The notes: a model not told the origin generated them from the sequence alone. A DNA stretch of 64,000 nt from Paraspadella gotoi (GCA_051294375.1 CM119264.1:14105323-14169322); one strand, 5' to 3'; shown: positions 21,888 to 37,536, numbered from the stretch's first letter. Translations and numbers: made by a program.

Positions 21888-24800
21888 AGAGAGAGAGAGA
21901 GGAGAAGCGACTGTTTTTATTTATTTCTTTGTGGGTCGCGAACACAAAGCATTGAAATTTTCTTTGACTTCTTTTATGAGATGGAGGGGTCAGAGAGCGC
22001 AAGCGAATAAAAATCTAAAAATATCAACGGAATAGTAAACTAAAAGGAAAACAGATGAGATTGAAGAGTCTTAAAATGACAGGAAGAAAAGCGGAAGGAG
22101 GAAATATGAGATTCGCTAAAGAAATACGTAACATGTATCATTGACGGGTATGGCAATTTCATTTGTCAAATCTCAAGTAATAACGTGCACTATTATTATT
22201 TATATTGTATTATTTTTTTTTTTGGCTAGGCCTTCTGTTCTTATCTCCCACTCTCACTCAGCGCTGCAGCATCGAAAACATCCATGATTATATTTATAAA
22301 TAATTCATTTCGTTAAAACTTTCAAACTGAGAGACGGCGCTATCTTGTATTGTTTATTCAAATCTAAATTCATGTTGTTTTTTTTTTATATATATATATT
22401 AATTTAATATACTCTTTTTTTTTCAGTCTTTCTTTTTAATTTTTATGTTTGTTTTTAATTTCATTCATTTTTTTATTGGAGCGATTATTGGAGCGATAGA
22501 TCGAGTTTGTGATATATATAGTTGATATCACGTCAGATTCAACCATATATATTCAATTCATTCATTTCTATTCTTTCCTTTCTTATATTCTTTTCTTTTT
22601 TCTTTCACATATCCTTATTATCCTATTTCTATCTTTTCTTTCTTTCTTATCATTATTTTATTCATATTTTACTTTTTTTTTACTTTTTTGTTGCTTTCTT
22701 TCTTGCTTTAAATGTTTATTTTTTGTTTGCATTCAGTTTTTTTGTTATTTTCTGCCTTTAAATTTTTTATCTTTATTTTTTATTTATATATTTCTTCGTT
22801 TATTTTTTTGTTTGCTTTCTGAATTTTTGTTTTCCACCTTCCTATGTACTAAGAAACCCCGCAAAGGTGAGAAAGTCACACTTACCTAATCGCAGTTCAT
22901 AAGTACTAAGCATGAGAATCCTGACATAAGACCGTCCAAAGTTGGAAACCAACCTTTTTACAGTAACCAGATCGCTCACACTGTTTTCAACGGCTAAAAA
23001 AATTAAGGGATAAAGAAATAAATAATAAAAAAAACTAATTCGTTTTCACCTCCGTTAAACAAAACTCTCGCCGGAAAATTATGAAAGGACAAAATAGAAA
23101 TAAAAGGCAAAACAAAAAAAAGAGGAAAGAAAAGAGAACGACAGAAAAACCCGAAAATAAGAAAATCAAATTAAAATCGAATGAGGAAGAATAAAGGGTG
23201 AGGAGATAAGAAAGAAATTGGCGATTGATAAGGTTAGAAAAAGGAAACGGTGGGGAAAAGATAGAGAAGAAAAAACAAAAAAATAAAAAAGAAAAGAACA
23301 GTAAGAATAAAAAGGAGAAAAGAAAAGTCAAAAAGGAAAAAAAAGAAAAGGAGAAGTTTAAACAGCAAAGGATTAATGGGAACTTCCAGCCGACGAGGAT
23401 TCTTTTCGAGGAGGATGAACAGGGGGGGGGTAAAAAAAGGGGGGGCAGGGAGATAAATGAAAATGGGGGGGAAGTGGAATAATTTTAAGGAAGAAATGAA
23501 AGAATTGGAGGAAGAAGAGAAATTTAAGGCTGATTAGGGAAAAGGGGGAAATTAATATCAAGAAAAAAGGGAAGAAATGAAAAAGAAACAAAGGGAAGGG
23601 AATGCTGAGAAGGAAGGAAAGAGAAAGGAAGGTATGGGGGGGTAAAAAGAGAGGAACGAATTACTTTTCAAGTCGATCCCTGATCACGGTTAAGATCGAT
23701 CCGAATTTGATTCCAATCGGGAAAAGACGATTCGGATCAAGGAGAAGAGAAGAAAAACAAAAGTTAATCACGAAAGAGAAAAAGAAGTTTAGGTGTGCGA
23801 ATGTTGTCAATCCAAATTATAAATATATTAATCAATGATGAGTCCATAAAAAAATAAATTTTAACTTTTTCAATATAGGATATATAGTATATAGTAAATT
23901 AGTAATCGTGTTAATATTTTTTTTAAACTCATCTGGTAAACTTTTTGATCCGGCCAACCCATAATCGATAAAAATCGACATAACTTGAACGCAAGACGGT
24001 GGAGACGCGACCGTGGGACACCGGATGTAGCTTGTGGGCGTTGGCGAGGCGTGGCTGTGGGCCGCTCCGACGGAGGGTGGGAACGAGACCGGATCCCGTT
24101 GCGCCCTTTTTTCCTTTTATGGTAATTGCCTCTTTTTATGATCGTCAGAGGACTTCACCACGCCGGCGCGCCGCCGCGCCGCCGCGGCGCGCCGACACGC
24201 AAGCAGCCGGTGTAAACGAATTTGGAAGGATTGACGAGAAGGGCGGGAGGATTTTTTTTTTCTTAACCGAGAATGAAAAATAAAATTTAACTTTTAATTA
24301 ATCCTAAAATTTTCGCACAACCGGCGTGAAAACCTCACGAGCGCGGCGTGAATTAAGGGGAGGTTGGAAACTCGAGCTCCCAACGCTTACTCGTTTTCTC
24401 AAGCTGAATTCGGTAGAATGTGAGTATTTAAGTTGAGGTTTTGGTTCACGTACGAAGCGACGGTTAAAATCCGAACTGTGGCTTCGTGAGATTGTCGAAA
24501 ACCTATGGACGAAATAACAATTAGTGCATTGGTTAGACCATTGTTTTTCTGAAAAGACTTAGAGAAAAGAAGGTGTGAGATTCTCCGGAGGAAACGATTT
24601 TCTCGCCCCCCCTGACGGAGTCTATGTGGACGTATGGGGAAGAGGGTGGCAATCCCCGGAGGGGGGCGTGGCTTCCCGATTTTGGGAGATCAAGTCCTTG
24701 AATTTTTGAAACCTCTAAAGTATTCGGGAATCGGGAAGGTCCTTTTCGAATTGAAAACGGATAGGAAGAGGAGGAAGGAGGTGGAGAAGAAGAAGAAGGA

Positions 24801-25947
24801 AAGAAAAGAAGAAAAGAGAGAAAAACAGAGGGGGAAGAGGAGGTGGAAATGGAGGAAGAAGATGAGGAAAGAAAAGAAGAAAGAGAGAAAAAACAGAGGG
24901 GAGAGGAAGAGGAGGTGGAAGTGGAAGAAAGAAGAAGGGGAAAAGAAAAGAAAGAAAAGAGAAAACAGATGAGGAAGAGGAGGTGGAAAATAGGAGGAAG
25001 AAGAAGGAGGAAGAAAGAAGAAAGAAAGGGGGAAAGAGAAAAAGGAAGGAGGAGGTGGAGGAAGAAGAAAGAAGGAACGAAAAGAAGAAAGAGAGAAAAA
25101 CAGAGGGGGAGAGGAAGAGGAGGTGGAAGTGAGGAAAGAAGAAGAAGGAAAGAAAAGAAGAAAGAGAGAAAAAAACAGATGAGGAAAGGAGGTGGAAGTG
25201 GGAGGAAGAAGAAGGAGGAAAGAAAAAGAAGAAAGGAGAAAAATAGATAGGGGAAAGGAGGTGGAAATGGAGGAAGAAGAAAGGGGAAAGAAAGAAGGAA
25301 GAGAAAAAACAGATGAGGAAGAGGATGGTGGAAATGGAAGAAGAAGAAGGAGGAAAAGAAAAGAAGGAAGAGAGAAAACAGATGAGGAATAGGAGGTGGA
25401 AATGGAGGAAGAAGAAGGAGGAAACAAAAGAAGGAAGAGAGCAACAGAGGAAGGGAAGAGAAAGAAGGAGGAGGAAGGTGGAGGAAGACGAAGAAGGAAA
25501 GAAAAGAAGAAAGAGAGAAAAAGCAGAGGGGAAGAGGAAGAGGAGGTGGAAGTGGAGGAAGACNNNNNNNNNNNNNNNNNNNNNNNNNGAAGAAGAAGGA
25601 AAGAAAAGAAGAAAGAGAGAAAAACAGATGTTGAATTCGACCTCGATTCTTCGGGTTTCAACGAACTCGAATGGCTTTTTGTTAAGACGAAATTCAACTA
25701 TTTGAATAATTTTTACATATTTAATATGTTAAAGGGCTTAACTTGAATATGTCACGACAAAAGTTTTTTTTAACGAGGAAACGAAAAACAAAAGTTTTAA
25801 GTTAAAAGCAGAAAATTATCCAAATCAAAAATAGAAGGACTTTTTATTTGTTTCTTATTTTAAAGAAACATTTACGTAAGAAGACTGGGATTTCAACATG
25901 AAACCAAAAAAATTTACTTATTTGAATGTTTAGATTGTTAGATTGGC

Positions 25948-26371
25948 TTTTAAGTCGGACCTCCTTATAATTCACTTTGTCGGTCCGACGGTCCGCCACC
26001 TTAATCTTGTCGGGCANNNNNNNNNNAGCTGGATATGAAGTTGAGATGGAATCGTGTGGAAATGAGTTTATATGGAAAAAACAAAAAAATATATTTCATT
26101 ATTTGAACACCAATTACTCATGAGTGGATTAAGCAGAAAATCAAGTTTTGATGGAATCTTTTTCTTTTTATATTAAATGTAAATGCAAGATGTATAAATT
26201 AATCAAATAATTAATCAGTTAATTAATCAATCAAAACAAACAAGTTAATTAATTAATTTACTAATTAATTAATTAACTTGAATTAATTAATTAATTATTA
26301 ATTAATTAATTATTAATTATTTAATTACCGATAATGATCTTGGGCAGATCCGACATTGTTTGCTCAAATTT
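25948..26371 (+). mobile_element. Second, shorter HINE-like element of the same family as 1596-2465
   Basis: Shared termini TTTTAAGTCGGA..TATAATTCACTTT..GGTCCG..GTCGGGCA and GCAGATCCGACATTGTTTGCTCAAA; internal (TAAT)n; contains an N gap. Confidence 0.6.
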
Positions 26372-26717
26372 GTTTTACATTTAATTGTTTTGTTCAAGTT
26401 AAATATTTTTTTAAATACTTAGTTAGTATTCCGCGATTCTTGAAAAAATTACATTTTGATGCTTAATTGAAAGTTAAATTAATTATAATTTTGTTAATGA
26501 ATCTTTTTTCTTTTTTTTCCATTCTTTTTAAGCTACATATTTCTTTTTTGTTTCTTTTTTCAATTAAAAAAAATACTGTAAAACAAAAAAATTAACAAGA
26601 GACAAACATCAATCTAAAATTGGTTAAATCGGTTTGTCATTTAAAAAATAAAAAAAAGTTTGAATCGAAGGCGACGAGTTTCTTGTCTCCAAGTGTGAAT
26701 CCTTTGCTGCCAAATTG

Positions 26718-26808
<91 letters not shown>

Positions 26809-27161
26809 TTTTCCCCCTCGGCCTTCCTTTAGCATTTTGTGTTGTGTTGTTTTTGCAGAGGGCGAATCATTCAATCACTGACAACAAGGAAGCGGCGGCG
26901 GTCGAGGCGGCAGCGGCGGCTGAGGCGGTGCTGCAGCTGGCGTGGCCTGTCGACGCCGGGCGGACGTCGACCAGCCACCCATCAAACGATGACACCGGGA
27001 TTTTTTTTTCAATGTAAAGATATTCATTGTGGCGGCTTCTTTGAGGCGATGGGGCGCGGTCGGTAGAGGGGACTGAGTGTCCGGCATCAGGATAACTACA
27101 TAAAAAGATTTAATGGTCACTAAGACGAAGCGCCTCATAAATTTTCAGAAAATTTTCAGAA

Positions 27162-27245
<84 letters not shown>

Positions 27246-27341
27246 ACAAATGAATGAATTAATTAATAAAAGAAAGAAAGAAAAAAAGAAAGAAAGAAAA
27301 AAAGAACAAATGAATGAATGAATGAATGAATAAATTAATGA

Positions 27342-27412
<71 letters not shown>

Positions 27413-28078
27413 GAAGGTAATCGCCGTGTTTGTGGCGGCATTAGAAGAGAAGACGGGTCAAGAGTTATGGTTTCTCTTGGTCGTTCTCCCCCCTTTCTAC
27501 CCTCACTGCCGCTCAGTCCCCCCCCCCGAGTTCACCTCCCCTTGCCCCACTTTTTTCCGCTTTCACGGATGCCTTATCGAGGAAAAGAGGTTTTTTCTAA
27601 GGATTTAGTAGTTTCTCCGGAGGTCAGGATTTTACTTAAGGTAATTTTTGTTTCTAAAAGTTTAAGGTCCTCACTCCTCATTATTAGATCGTTTAATGAT
27701 AATTAAGTTATCAGATCTAATGAATTCGTCTTTTTAGTCAAGACCATACAGTCCGTAAACGTATTGTCTTGAAAAAAGGGTTCAAAAAGAGAGCAAAGAG
27801 TTCGAATCTCTCCCTCAAAGTTCGAGTCTCTCGAAAAAAGGGTCCGAGGCCCTCGAAGAGTTTGAGTCCCTTCCAAGGGTCGCACCTCGTTTAAAGGTCG
27901 AGCCGGCGATAAAAAATGGATGTGACCGGCATAACACTAAAGCCGATGATGCCTTTTTCGCTGTTTTGCTGGGGAAGAGAGAAGAGAAGAGAGAGAGTGT
28001 AAGGGCTAAGGGGGAAGACTGAATGTCATAATGAGTTAGTTTGTGTGAGAGAGAGAGAGAAGAGAGAAGAGAGAGAGA

Positions 28079-28137
<59 letters not shown>

Positions 28138-29141
28138 AGAGAGAGAGAAGAAAGGCGAAAGGAGAATAACCGATCAAATTTAAAATGTTCCACATGGGTG
28201 ATTAAAAAACGTGCCATCCTTTCTGCATCACAAAAAAAGGCAAAGCAGGCCAACTACAAAAAAAAAGCAACAAAAAACTAAAAAAAAAACTGAAAACGAA
28301 AAAGAGCAGAAACCAGGCAGCAATAACAGGAAAAGCTCCACCGAAAAAAAGAGAGAAAGAAAAAAAGATTCAAGGTTGGAGCCGAAGGTTTCGCCCCTCA
28401 ACTAATTCCGCTTGTCTCTCACTCGCGAAATGGAGATAAATGATGTAGAGCGGGATACAAGGGTCGCCAACCAAAGAAAAACCATGGAAACAAGAAAACA
28501 AAATTGGGCGAGAGAAGCGGGAAGTGGGGTGGGGGGGGTGAGGGGCGGGAAGAGAGAAAAAGGCCCTCCCCACGAAAGAGGAGGCAGGGCAGAAAAGTGG
28601 GAAGGAGGAAAAGAGCAATCGGGGAATATAGTATGAAGAAAGAGAGTTTAATGACTGAAAAAATGATTTCCAATGAAGAAGCGAAGAAAGAAAGTATTAA
28701 TTTTTTTAAATATATAAATTATATAAAAAAAATAGGAAAAAATAGGAAAAAAACTTGTTCTTAAAAAATTTAAAAATGTCCAAGAATATAAAAAAATAGA
28801 AAATAATTTTCGGGAATATCAGAAGTGTCTCAGGGCACGCGTATCTTACTTTTTAGTTTCCCCCTGTATATCGTTTAGTAAATTTATTATTTATTTTTTG
28901 GTTGTATGTATCAATTTCAAATACGCGTTTGGGGAACAAGGAACTGGAGACTGTCAGGTGAAGGGCTGAAAGAGGAGACTGTGATTCACAGTGTGAATGG
29001 TTGAAAGTGGAGAGTTCAAGAGTAATGAGCGATAGTGAGTCGGGTGAAGAGCGAGGCGCCCAAGTTCCTCGCAGGGATTACATTAAATTTGTAACGAGTA
29101 AAGGAAATATAAAATGAAAGCAAGAATGAAAATAAAAATAA

Positions 29142-29237
<96 letters not shown>

Positions 29238-32200
29238 AAAAAAAAGAAAAAGAAGAAAAAAAAAAGTGATAAGAGATTTGACATCAATTTAGGTTTTTCT
29301 CCTCCGGCAGCCATTAATACTACTTGGGGTAAAAAGTAAGGGTCGTGAACGGAGAGAAAGTTGAAACCTTCAGCCCGAAACTAAAAAGAAAAAATGGTCT
29401 TCGGTTTTTGGCTATATTAAATTTTTGTTAGATTTTTTTTTTCGATGGGTAATATAGTATCTTGTTAAGTAAGAACGTGTGTGAACAAAATATCTCCGCC
29501 CCCGATAAAAGGCGTCTGTAATGAAGAATACTCCTGAACAAACGCATCGCTTTGTGACATATCAGTTGTCTTTTTTTAATCATTGTTTACTACTTTATGA
29601 ATGATAGAGCCATCTCAACGACTAATTATTTCAAACGAAAGATTTTCTGCAAATAATTTACGGGGGCAACAGAAAGCAATGAAGATGAAAACTGGCCAAC
29701 GATACAAAGAGACGAAGATCAGGGAGGCTGTGGACGGTGGGCGCGCCTTTCGCATGAGCGGGAAAACGAATCGGCGATTCGAGACTTTGATCCTTGCAGA
29801 AACAAAAGACGGACGGGAAAAAATTCCCTCGGCTTAAATCGCGTTAGTCTGTTCGCATTCTTTATATATATATATATTCACGGAAAATAAAAAGAAAAGA
29901 GAAAGGTGAATAAGAAGGAAAAAAACGAAAGGGAAAAAAAATCAACATTATTCACGATTAAAAGACAATCAACGTTAAAGTTCCTTTTTCTCTCACCAGC
30001 CTCTTTTCAATTTATAAGAAGGGACGGAAAGAGAAGTGATTGAGAGAGAGAGAGAGAGAGAAAGAAGGGGGGGGTTAAAAAAATTCAATTTGTTCCTAAG
30101 ATGAGGCCACCGTTTCTCTTCTTTTAATGGCACGAAAAAAAAGTAGCACCGCAGAAGAGAAATTGAAAACAGATGATATCACGTCAGCGCGAGCGGCCCT
30201 TTCGTTAATCCGGCCAACTAGTTTTTGGATAAAGAGATATTGAGAAGAAATCGGAGAGAGCAAAGGTGGAGATAAAATAAGTTACATCACACCACATCAC
30301 GCAAAACATTGTCGTTGAATTTTTATTACGAAATATATGTATTCCTATGTACTTATATTATTAATATTGTTGAACATAAACTTTTGCCAAACGTCGGAAT
30401 GTAATCAAAAAAATTTCATCAAAATGAGAGAAATACACACAGTAAGTAATTGCAAATTTCAAGGAAACAGAGCATTAACTTTTTGATTTAAGTAGTTCGA
30501 TAACTACATGCAAAATAGAAAGCTTGAATCCTGAAAATAATTTCAGACATGCGTTAAAACTCGCAGCCACAAAGGAACAACCAAAGAAGAGACATTCGAA
30601 AAAAAATGACGTAACCACCAAAAAACACACACAGTTCGACAATAAAAGCTCTGACAAAAAAAAGTTCAGCAAACCATTAAAGTACAAACAAATCCAAAAC
30701 TTCTAACAAAGTCGTCCGACCACAAAATCGTTAAACAGACACTCGAGACAAACAAATAAAAATCAAACTAACAAGCTCTTCGGACAAACAGACAGACGGA
30801 CAGACGTTAAGAGCCTTTGCTCCGTCATAAAACGCGAAAGGCAAAGGAAACGGAGGCTGAGTCCGCGACGAGTCTAAATGATATTCGTCTCGATTACCAT
30901 CGATGGCACCTGCGAGACTCGGAGATGCCGCCAAAGAGAAAGAGCAGATGCTGCCATGTTAGCCAGGCAACTAGAGAGCAGATGATGACGCTCCGTGTAG
31001 GGAAACGATAAAGCAGATGCTCAAGCGTGGGACAAGAGTTGATCGATGGCAAATGCCGATTCTTTTTTTTTTTGAGAGAGAGAAAATGGAAAAGACGTAA
31101 AATTGAAAAAAAAAATTAAAGACAAATAAAATATTGATCGGAAACCGACCTTTGCTTTCTTCAAGATCCTTTCCACTGTCTTGCATTCTTCAGTATTGTC
31201 GTCCTGGCAACAAAGACCACGACAAAATCTTGAAAGAACTGAGGGACCGTTGATTGGATGAGGTATTTGTTTGTTCCCATGAAAATAAGGAACGATTGAA
31301 TGGGCGGCTAAATGAATGAATGAGCCGAAAATAAAAAAAACTCGTGTTAAACAAAGCAGAGTCGACGTTATTTCAGATATAGTGGGTTTATTTGTAAAGG
31401 GGATGAACGACATAGATTTTATAATTATTTTTTTGCCGAGGATCCAACGAAAGAACGGGACAAACAATCCCAAACAGAGGACTGAGCTAACTTTAGTGAG
31501 CTTTAATTTGACTGTCAGTTTTTCTCTCTTTTCCTTGCGTTCGAATTTAGTGGTCAAAACTAAAGAAAAAACGAAACGGAAATGCCCGATTTGAAACGAC
31601 AACCACAGTGAGTCGAAAAGAGACTAGAACAAACTGACTGCCCGACAAACGTTGAGACGGACATTCGTACAGGTTTATTGCCTCTTCTCCTAATGGACCA
31701 TAGTCGCGTTTTAAACGACGTCGTTGGGGTTACAGTCAGTCGTAAGAACAGTGACCCCCCCTTGATGAGACTGGCAAGAGCGATTCTTTTTTCTCTGTGG
31801 AATTTCTTATTTATGGAATGACGTCTGCTTCTGACAAACGTAGGTTAAACAGCGCTCTATTTTCTTACGTTGACGTTCGCGTTGGCACGTAAGGATTTTA
31901 ATGACTTTTTTACCGTAGTAATGTTTAATTTATAAATAGTTATTAATTCAATTAATATAGAAAACTTCATTTATAAAGCTGCGAGTTAATAAAAGTGACT
32001 GTTAGAAAGTCAGAATTGAAAGCAGGGCTCTGCTATGTTATTATTGAAGGGGGATGGAGTCATTAAACAACCATGAAGGCATTAACCAACCATAGCCTTT
32101 TCAATTTGTTTATTTTTATGAAATTGGTGCGACAAATATAAAAATTATTCATCATATTAATAAATAAGCTATGGCTTCGCCTAGCAGGACCTGCAAGCTT

Positions 32201-33240
32201 TCAATCAAAACTCTCACACAATCTTGTTTATACACATATACACTCCAGGCTTCTCGATCAATAAAGTGGTATAATATTATAAAGAATGTTTCAATTGCGT
32301 AATATCTTGTTCCATAGTAGTACCATAAATCACGAGTGGATGATTCGCAATTGCGTCAATGATTTCTTCGATTTTCCACCGATTTTTTCCGGCGAAAGAA
32401 TTGAAGCGAAAGACTTTATTAAGAGGAGAAGAGTAAATTGAGGCCGGAGCGAGGAAAACGGAAGAAGGAAAGAAAAAAGGAAGAGAAATAAAAGGAAAAA
32501 AGGAGGGAGGAAAGTGAAGGAAAGGAAGGTAGGAAGAAAGAAATGGGGTAAAAAAAGAAAATTTAAGACGGACGAAAAAGGTCAGGAAGAAAGGGAGGGA
32601 GGAAAGGAAAAAGGAAGAAAATAGAAGAAAAGGGAGGGAGGAAAAAGAAAAAAGCAAAAGAAAAAAAGGAAATTAAAAAAGACGGACGAAAAAGGATAGG
32701 AGAAAGGGAGGGAGGAAAGAAGAAGGAAGGAAAAAAAGGAAGGGAGGAAGAAAGAAAAAGGGTGTAAAAAATAAAAATAGGGATAAAAAAAACCCGAAGA
32801 AATCTCGGAAGAAAGGAAGAAAGGAAGAAAGAAAAATGAGAAAAAAAAAAAGGAAAAAAAAGTAGAGAGAGACAGAAAAATTTTACTTGCGGCAGAAACT
32901 GTGGCGGGAAAACTGAAAATGACGTGTAAACGGAGATGGAATCGAAATGAGAATTGCAGGCGGCAATGGAAAAGCCCTTCTCACGTTTTTAATGCGGATG
33001 CAATAATTCAAGCGGAGACTTTCTCTGGTTTTCTCTCGATGAATTGCTTTTAGAATATCAACTGTTTCTGTTATTTATTGAAATTGGTTGTTTAATTTTA
33101 TTAATATTTTTTTTTATCAAACTTTATTTCGGCTTAAGCAATATTTCATTCAATTTTTTCTCTCTCTCTCGTCTTTATTCATTTGACGACGTTTTTCCCG
33201 AGGGAAACCTCTCCCCGCAATCTTTTCTCTCTCTCTCTCT

Positions 33241-33320
<80 letters not shown>

Positions 33321-34780
33321 CTTCATCTTTCTCGCCCGCCCCGTTTCCCCGAGGGTAGTCTCAGAATCGGAAATATTGCTTTGTCTGTCGGGCGTCAAAT
33401 AAATTCAAATCCTTTGACGACGAATTCTCACCTCCTTCACTTCCGCGCCTTACCTTCGCCTTACCTTCGCGCCCTTACCTTCGGGGGAAGGAAGATTTAA
33501 ACGGGGACAATGGGAACAATTTGGGAGAAAGAAAAGAGGAATGCAAAGAGAAAAGAGATTTTGAAGGAAAAAATTTGACGAAAATAGGATGAGAGGAAAT
33601 AGGAAATAGGAAATGATTATATATGATAATATGAGTTGGGCGAGGAAGGGACAAATGATCATTTTTTGTAATGCAATAGAAAATTTGTTAAAAATAAATA
33701 CATTAATAATATTAAACGATAATACATAAATATCAATACATAATTTTTAAATTTTTCAGAAAAACAAAGCTGAGTCTCTCTCGCTATTTACACTTTTGGT
33801 AGATAATTATAATTAGTTCCCACTGACAAGAAAACCTTTTACAAATTAAGCCTCGTCATAATATTTCAGTCTCTGTTATAAATCTCGTATATCATTTTTA
33901 TTTTTCTTTGTCTCTCTCTCTCTCTCTTTCTTTCTCTCTCCTCTCACGAATTCACGCACAAGGGAAGGAAAAAGAAATAAAGAGGAATAAAGAGGAGGCA
34001 CTCAAAAATGGGTTTTGAAGGAGGGAGGGCAAAGGGCCGATAACCCCCGGGTTATCTGATGGGATAAATAGCCAAAGTTTGAAGGATAAATATGTTGGAT
34101 TTGGGCCCATGGATTGAAGAGGGTTTACTGGAGCAAATGAATCAGAAAGTGAGAGGAGAAATTAAGTTGGAAAGTCACTCGAGATTTAGTCAGGATTTAG
34201 ACGTTTAGAGCGACGTCTGGATTTTATTTCCATTTTGATCAAATTTCCGATATTTAGTCGTCACTCGTCAGTATTATAATGGTCAACTTAAGAAATCGAG
34301 GCCTAATTAATAAATAATTATCCTTTACTGGATATCGTCATCGTCTTTAACATTGTTAATTACATTTAACTCTCGGACGTCTTCATCTTGGTCTTTATAG
34401 TCGAAATATATTTTCTCTTCTATCGTCGACGTGGCCGTAATAATAGTCGTCGTCGTCGTCGTCGTCGTCGTCGTTTCCACCGTTTCCTTACTCCTCGTCT
34501 CTGTCTCAGTCGCTGTCTCAGTCTCTCTCCCTGGGATCCGCTGCGTCGGCGGAAAAAGGCGAAGACCCGTTGACGGAGACAATCTGCTTCTGAAGCGATT
34601 AAGTCATCGTCGTCACGACGTCGTCGTCGTCGTCGTCGTCGTCTCTGCTTCCTTCGTCGAGATGATCAAATTGTTGTTGTTCTCGTCGTCGTTTTCTTTG
34701 ATATCATCGCCAAGAATCGTTTTGAAATATTTCTTTATCTAGAGAATGAGAAGACAGTGACGATAGAAATGCGAGAGATA

Positions 34781-34840
<60 letters not shown>

Positions 34841-34910
34841 CTATTCTATTTCTCTCACGCGAATCAGAATTCCTAGCTTTTCAGTGTTCTCTTCATAAAT
34901 CTTTTTAATC

Positions 34911-34973
<63 letters not shown>

Positions 34974-37536
34974 TCTCTCTCATTCACTCTTTTCCTTTCG
35001 TCTAAACAATCTTCTCTCCCTACCAATAATCTCTTAATTTATTGCCTTCTGGTCCCTTCGATTGCTTTCTGCTTTCATTTTCTGCAGCAACATTCGTCTT
35101 TTTTCTTTCTTATATTATTTCTTTTTTCGTTACTTTTCTACAATTTATTGGGATGTCAGTCGTTTCGAAAACTAGACGTATTTACTATATAAATTTGGTA
35201 TCGTTGGAAAGAGAATGGCGAAATTAGCCGAAATCCAAAATTTCATGTAAAATCGGACGACGCGTTCAAAAGTAATCGGCAAAAAAGACCGCGAAAAACG
35301 CGGTCTCGGCGGATCAACTCGCGCTATTTAAAAGCGATTCCGTTTTGGTTCTACCAAAGAAAGTACTACGTAGTTCAAATCCTTAGAACGCCGAATTTAG
35401 CCTAAGTCTCGTATGCGTGATCCGGGCCTCATAAGAATTAATCTTAACTACCGAAGCCTCGGACGAAGAAGTAATAACACGTGTAAACAAAATAGAAGGG
35501 AAATAATTCATTTTTTATTACAAATTATGCATAAATAAACTAAAAAAGCATTATGGCAAAAAATTATAGCCAAGAAAAGACTTAATTTTAAGTAAAGAAA
35601 TGCGTGGAGGCAGGAACGGTTTTACCGTGATTAAATTTTGTGCAGTGTTGCAGATTTGTGTGATAGTAGAAATCAACTATTACTTTATAACTATTACCAT
35701 TAGAAAATTTATAATTTTCGTAATTAATTCTGAATGAACAGAGATTGTGAAGAATGTTTGTTCTTCATGCCAGCCGAGACGCGCATTCCGAACGTCGCCC
35801 GTGCCGAATGTTTTAAACATGAGATCGCAACGATTAAGAAAAACGCAGAATAAAGTTTTATAAGTTTAATTTCTTTGTCAAAAGGTTCATATGGAAACTC
35901 GTAAAAACGGAGTTTCGTCACAGGCAAACGTGAGTTTATAAGTCTTCAAGAGAAACTAAAAAACGATTACATATCTCTCTCTTACTTCGATAAAATGCCC
36001 GCAAAAATTTGGCAAAACGCTGAAATCAGCCAAGGTCAAGTAAAACCCTGATATTAGGTACAAAACAAGGCAGAATATTTCACAGAGATTAAATTCTAAA
36101 TATTTGCTAGGTATGACGAAAGTAAATTTAATATTTATATTTGCACATGTTATTGAGATGATGAAGAGTCAATTCGGATCTCGACGAAGGATTTGAACTG
36201 TAAAGAGGGTTCTCCGCGAACGGATCCACGGCAGACGACGTCGTCGGGCGCGGCTCACTTCATCATGAGCAGCTGTGGCTCTCTTCAGGATACTTTGGAC
36301 TTTCAACGATTGACTCATGAACTGCCGGCGTAAGGAATCCTTAAATTAAATATATAGCAACAAATCAAAATAATGTAAAGCGGTTTAACTGCATTATTAT
36401 TTTTAAACAAAATTGTTTTTGTTGAATTTACCAGTTTGTAATCCGGAAGTGATCGCCTATCAAGTGACAGTTACAACTTGTGTAGTTTATAAAGCCATAT
36501 AGTACAGCATCCATCTGTATATTAAATTAAAAATGATACTTAGTATAACAGTATTATTATTATTATTTGTGTTTCTAAATACTTATGCAGTTGCATGAGA
36601 GAGGAACAGACAGGTCATTGAATTATATGAGCAAGTACTCTCAGTACTACTTACATAAGTAAGGATTCGCTGGTCCATCCTCCCAAAATACGCTGAGAAT
36701 CCTTTCTTTGGCGAGCCGCTTTGTTTGGGACATAAAATCATCGTCAGACAAGGTTTTGTGGCTAGAGTGGATCGCAATATAAAGTTTTTCTCTCTTTAGG
36801 TCTGTAAAGATATAAATATTGTATTTTTTATTCTTTAAATATAAAAAAATATTTCTATATAGCTTTTTTTAAATAAATTTATTAATATTAAAATATAAGT
36901 TTTTTAATTTTAATTGAAATTATCATTGTATTAATTCTTTCTTTTCGTTGCGTTTGAGTTTTATATGAGAAAATAATTTTTCTATCAACAACGATGGTAT
37001 ATTCAAAATCAGACATGTTTCGAATTTTATCATTACAACCTGTTAAGCGCTGATAGAAGATTTGTAATGTAAAGTAGAAAATAAACCATCTTTGTTGATA
37101 AAGAAATTATTTTTTCTCATTTAAATTATCATATATTTAAGCTGAAACTTAATTTAAAACTTAACCCTAACTTACCCCTAAACCCTCCCTTACCTCTAAC
37201 TTTAAACTTAACTTAAGCTTTAATTCTAATTTTATTCTTAACCCTAACTTAAGTTTAACATACCCTTAACTCTAACTTATCTTAACTCACTGTAAAGAAT
37301 CCCACCTCCTCAACATAAGCGGAGAGGGAGTAAGACGTCAGAGAGAAACCGTACTGAAGACCGGGATCGCCGGCGCCGTAATGTTTCTAATACTCAGTGT
37401 CCATTCGCGAGTGACATCTCATCCACTTGGCGTTTTGTTAATATTTAGTACCTTAATAAAATCAAGCATATAAATATTGAAGAGACAGTGATAATTATTA
37501 TGTGTTAGTGACAGAAAACCGTTCAATATAAGCAGT

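Noticed and set aside
19640-25630. CRISPR-like array
   Set aside because: The repeats are contiguous tandem units without unique spacers, in eukaryotic DNA with no cas genes.
37355-37380. CTGAAGA-CCGG..CCGG hammerhead-like start
   Set aside because: The stem is followed by CGCC rather than GAAA, so the core is incomplete.
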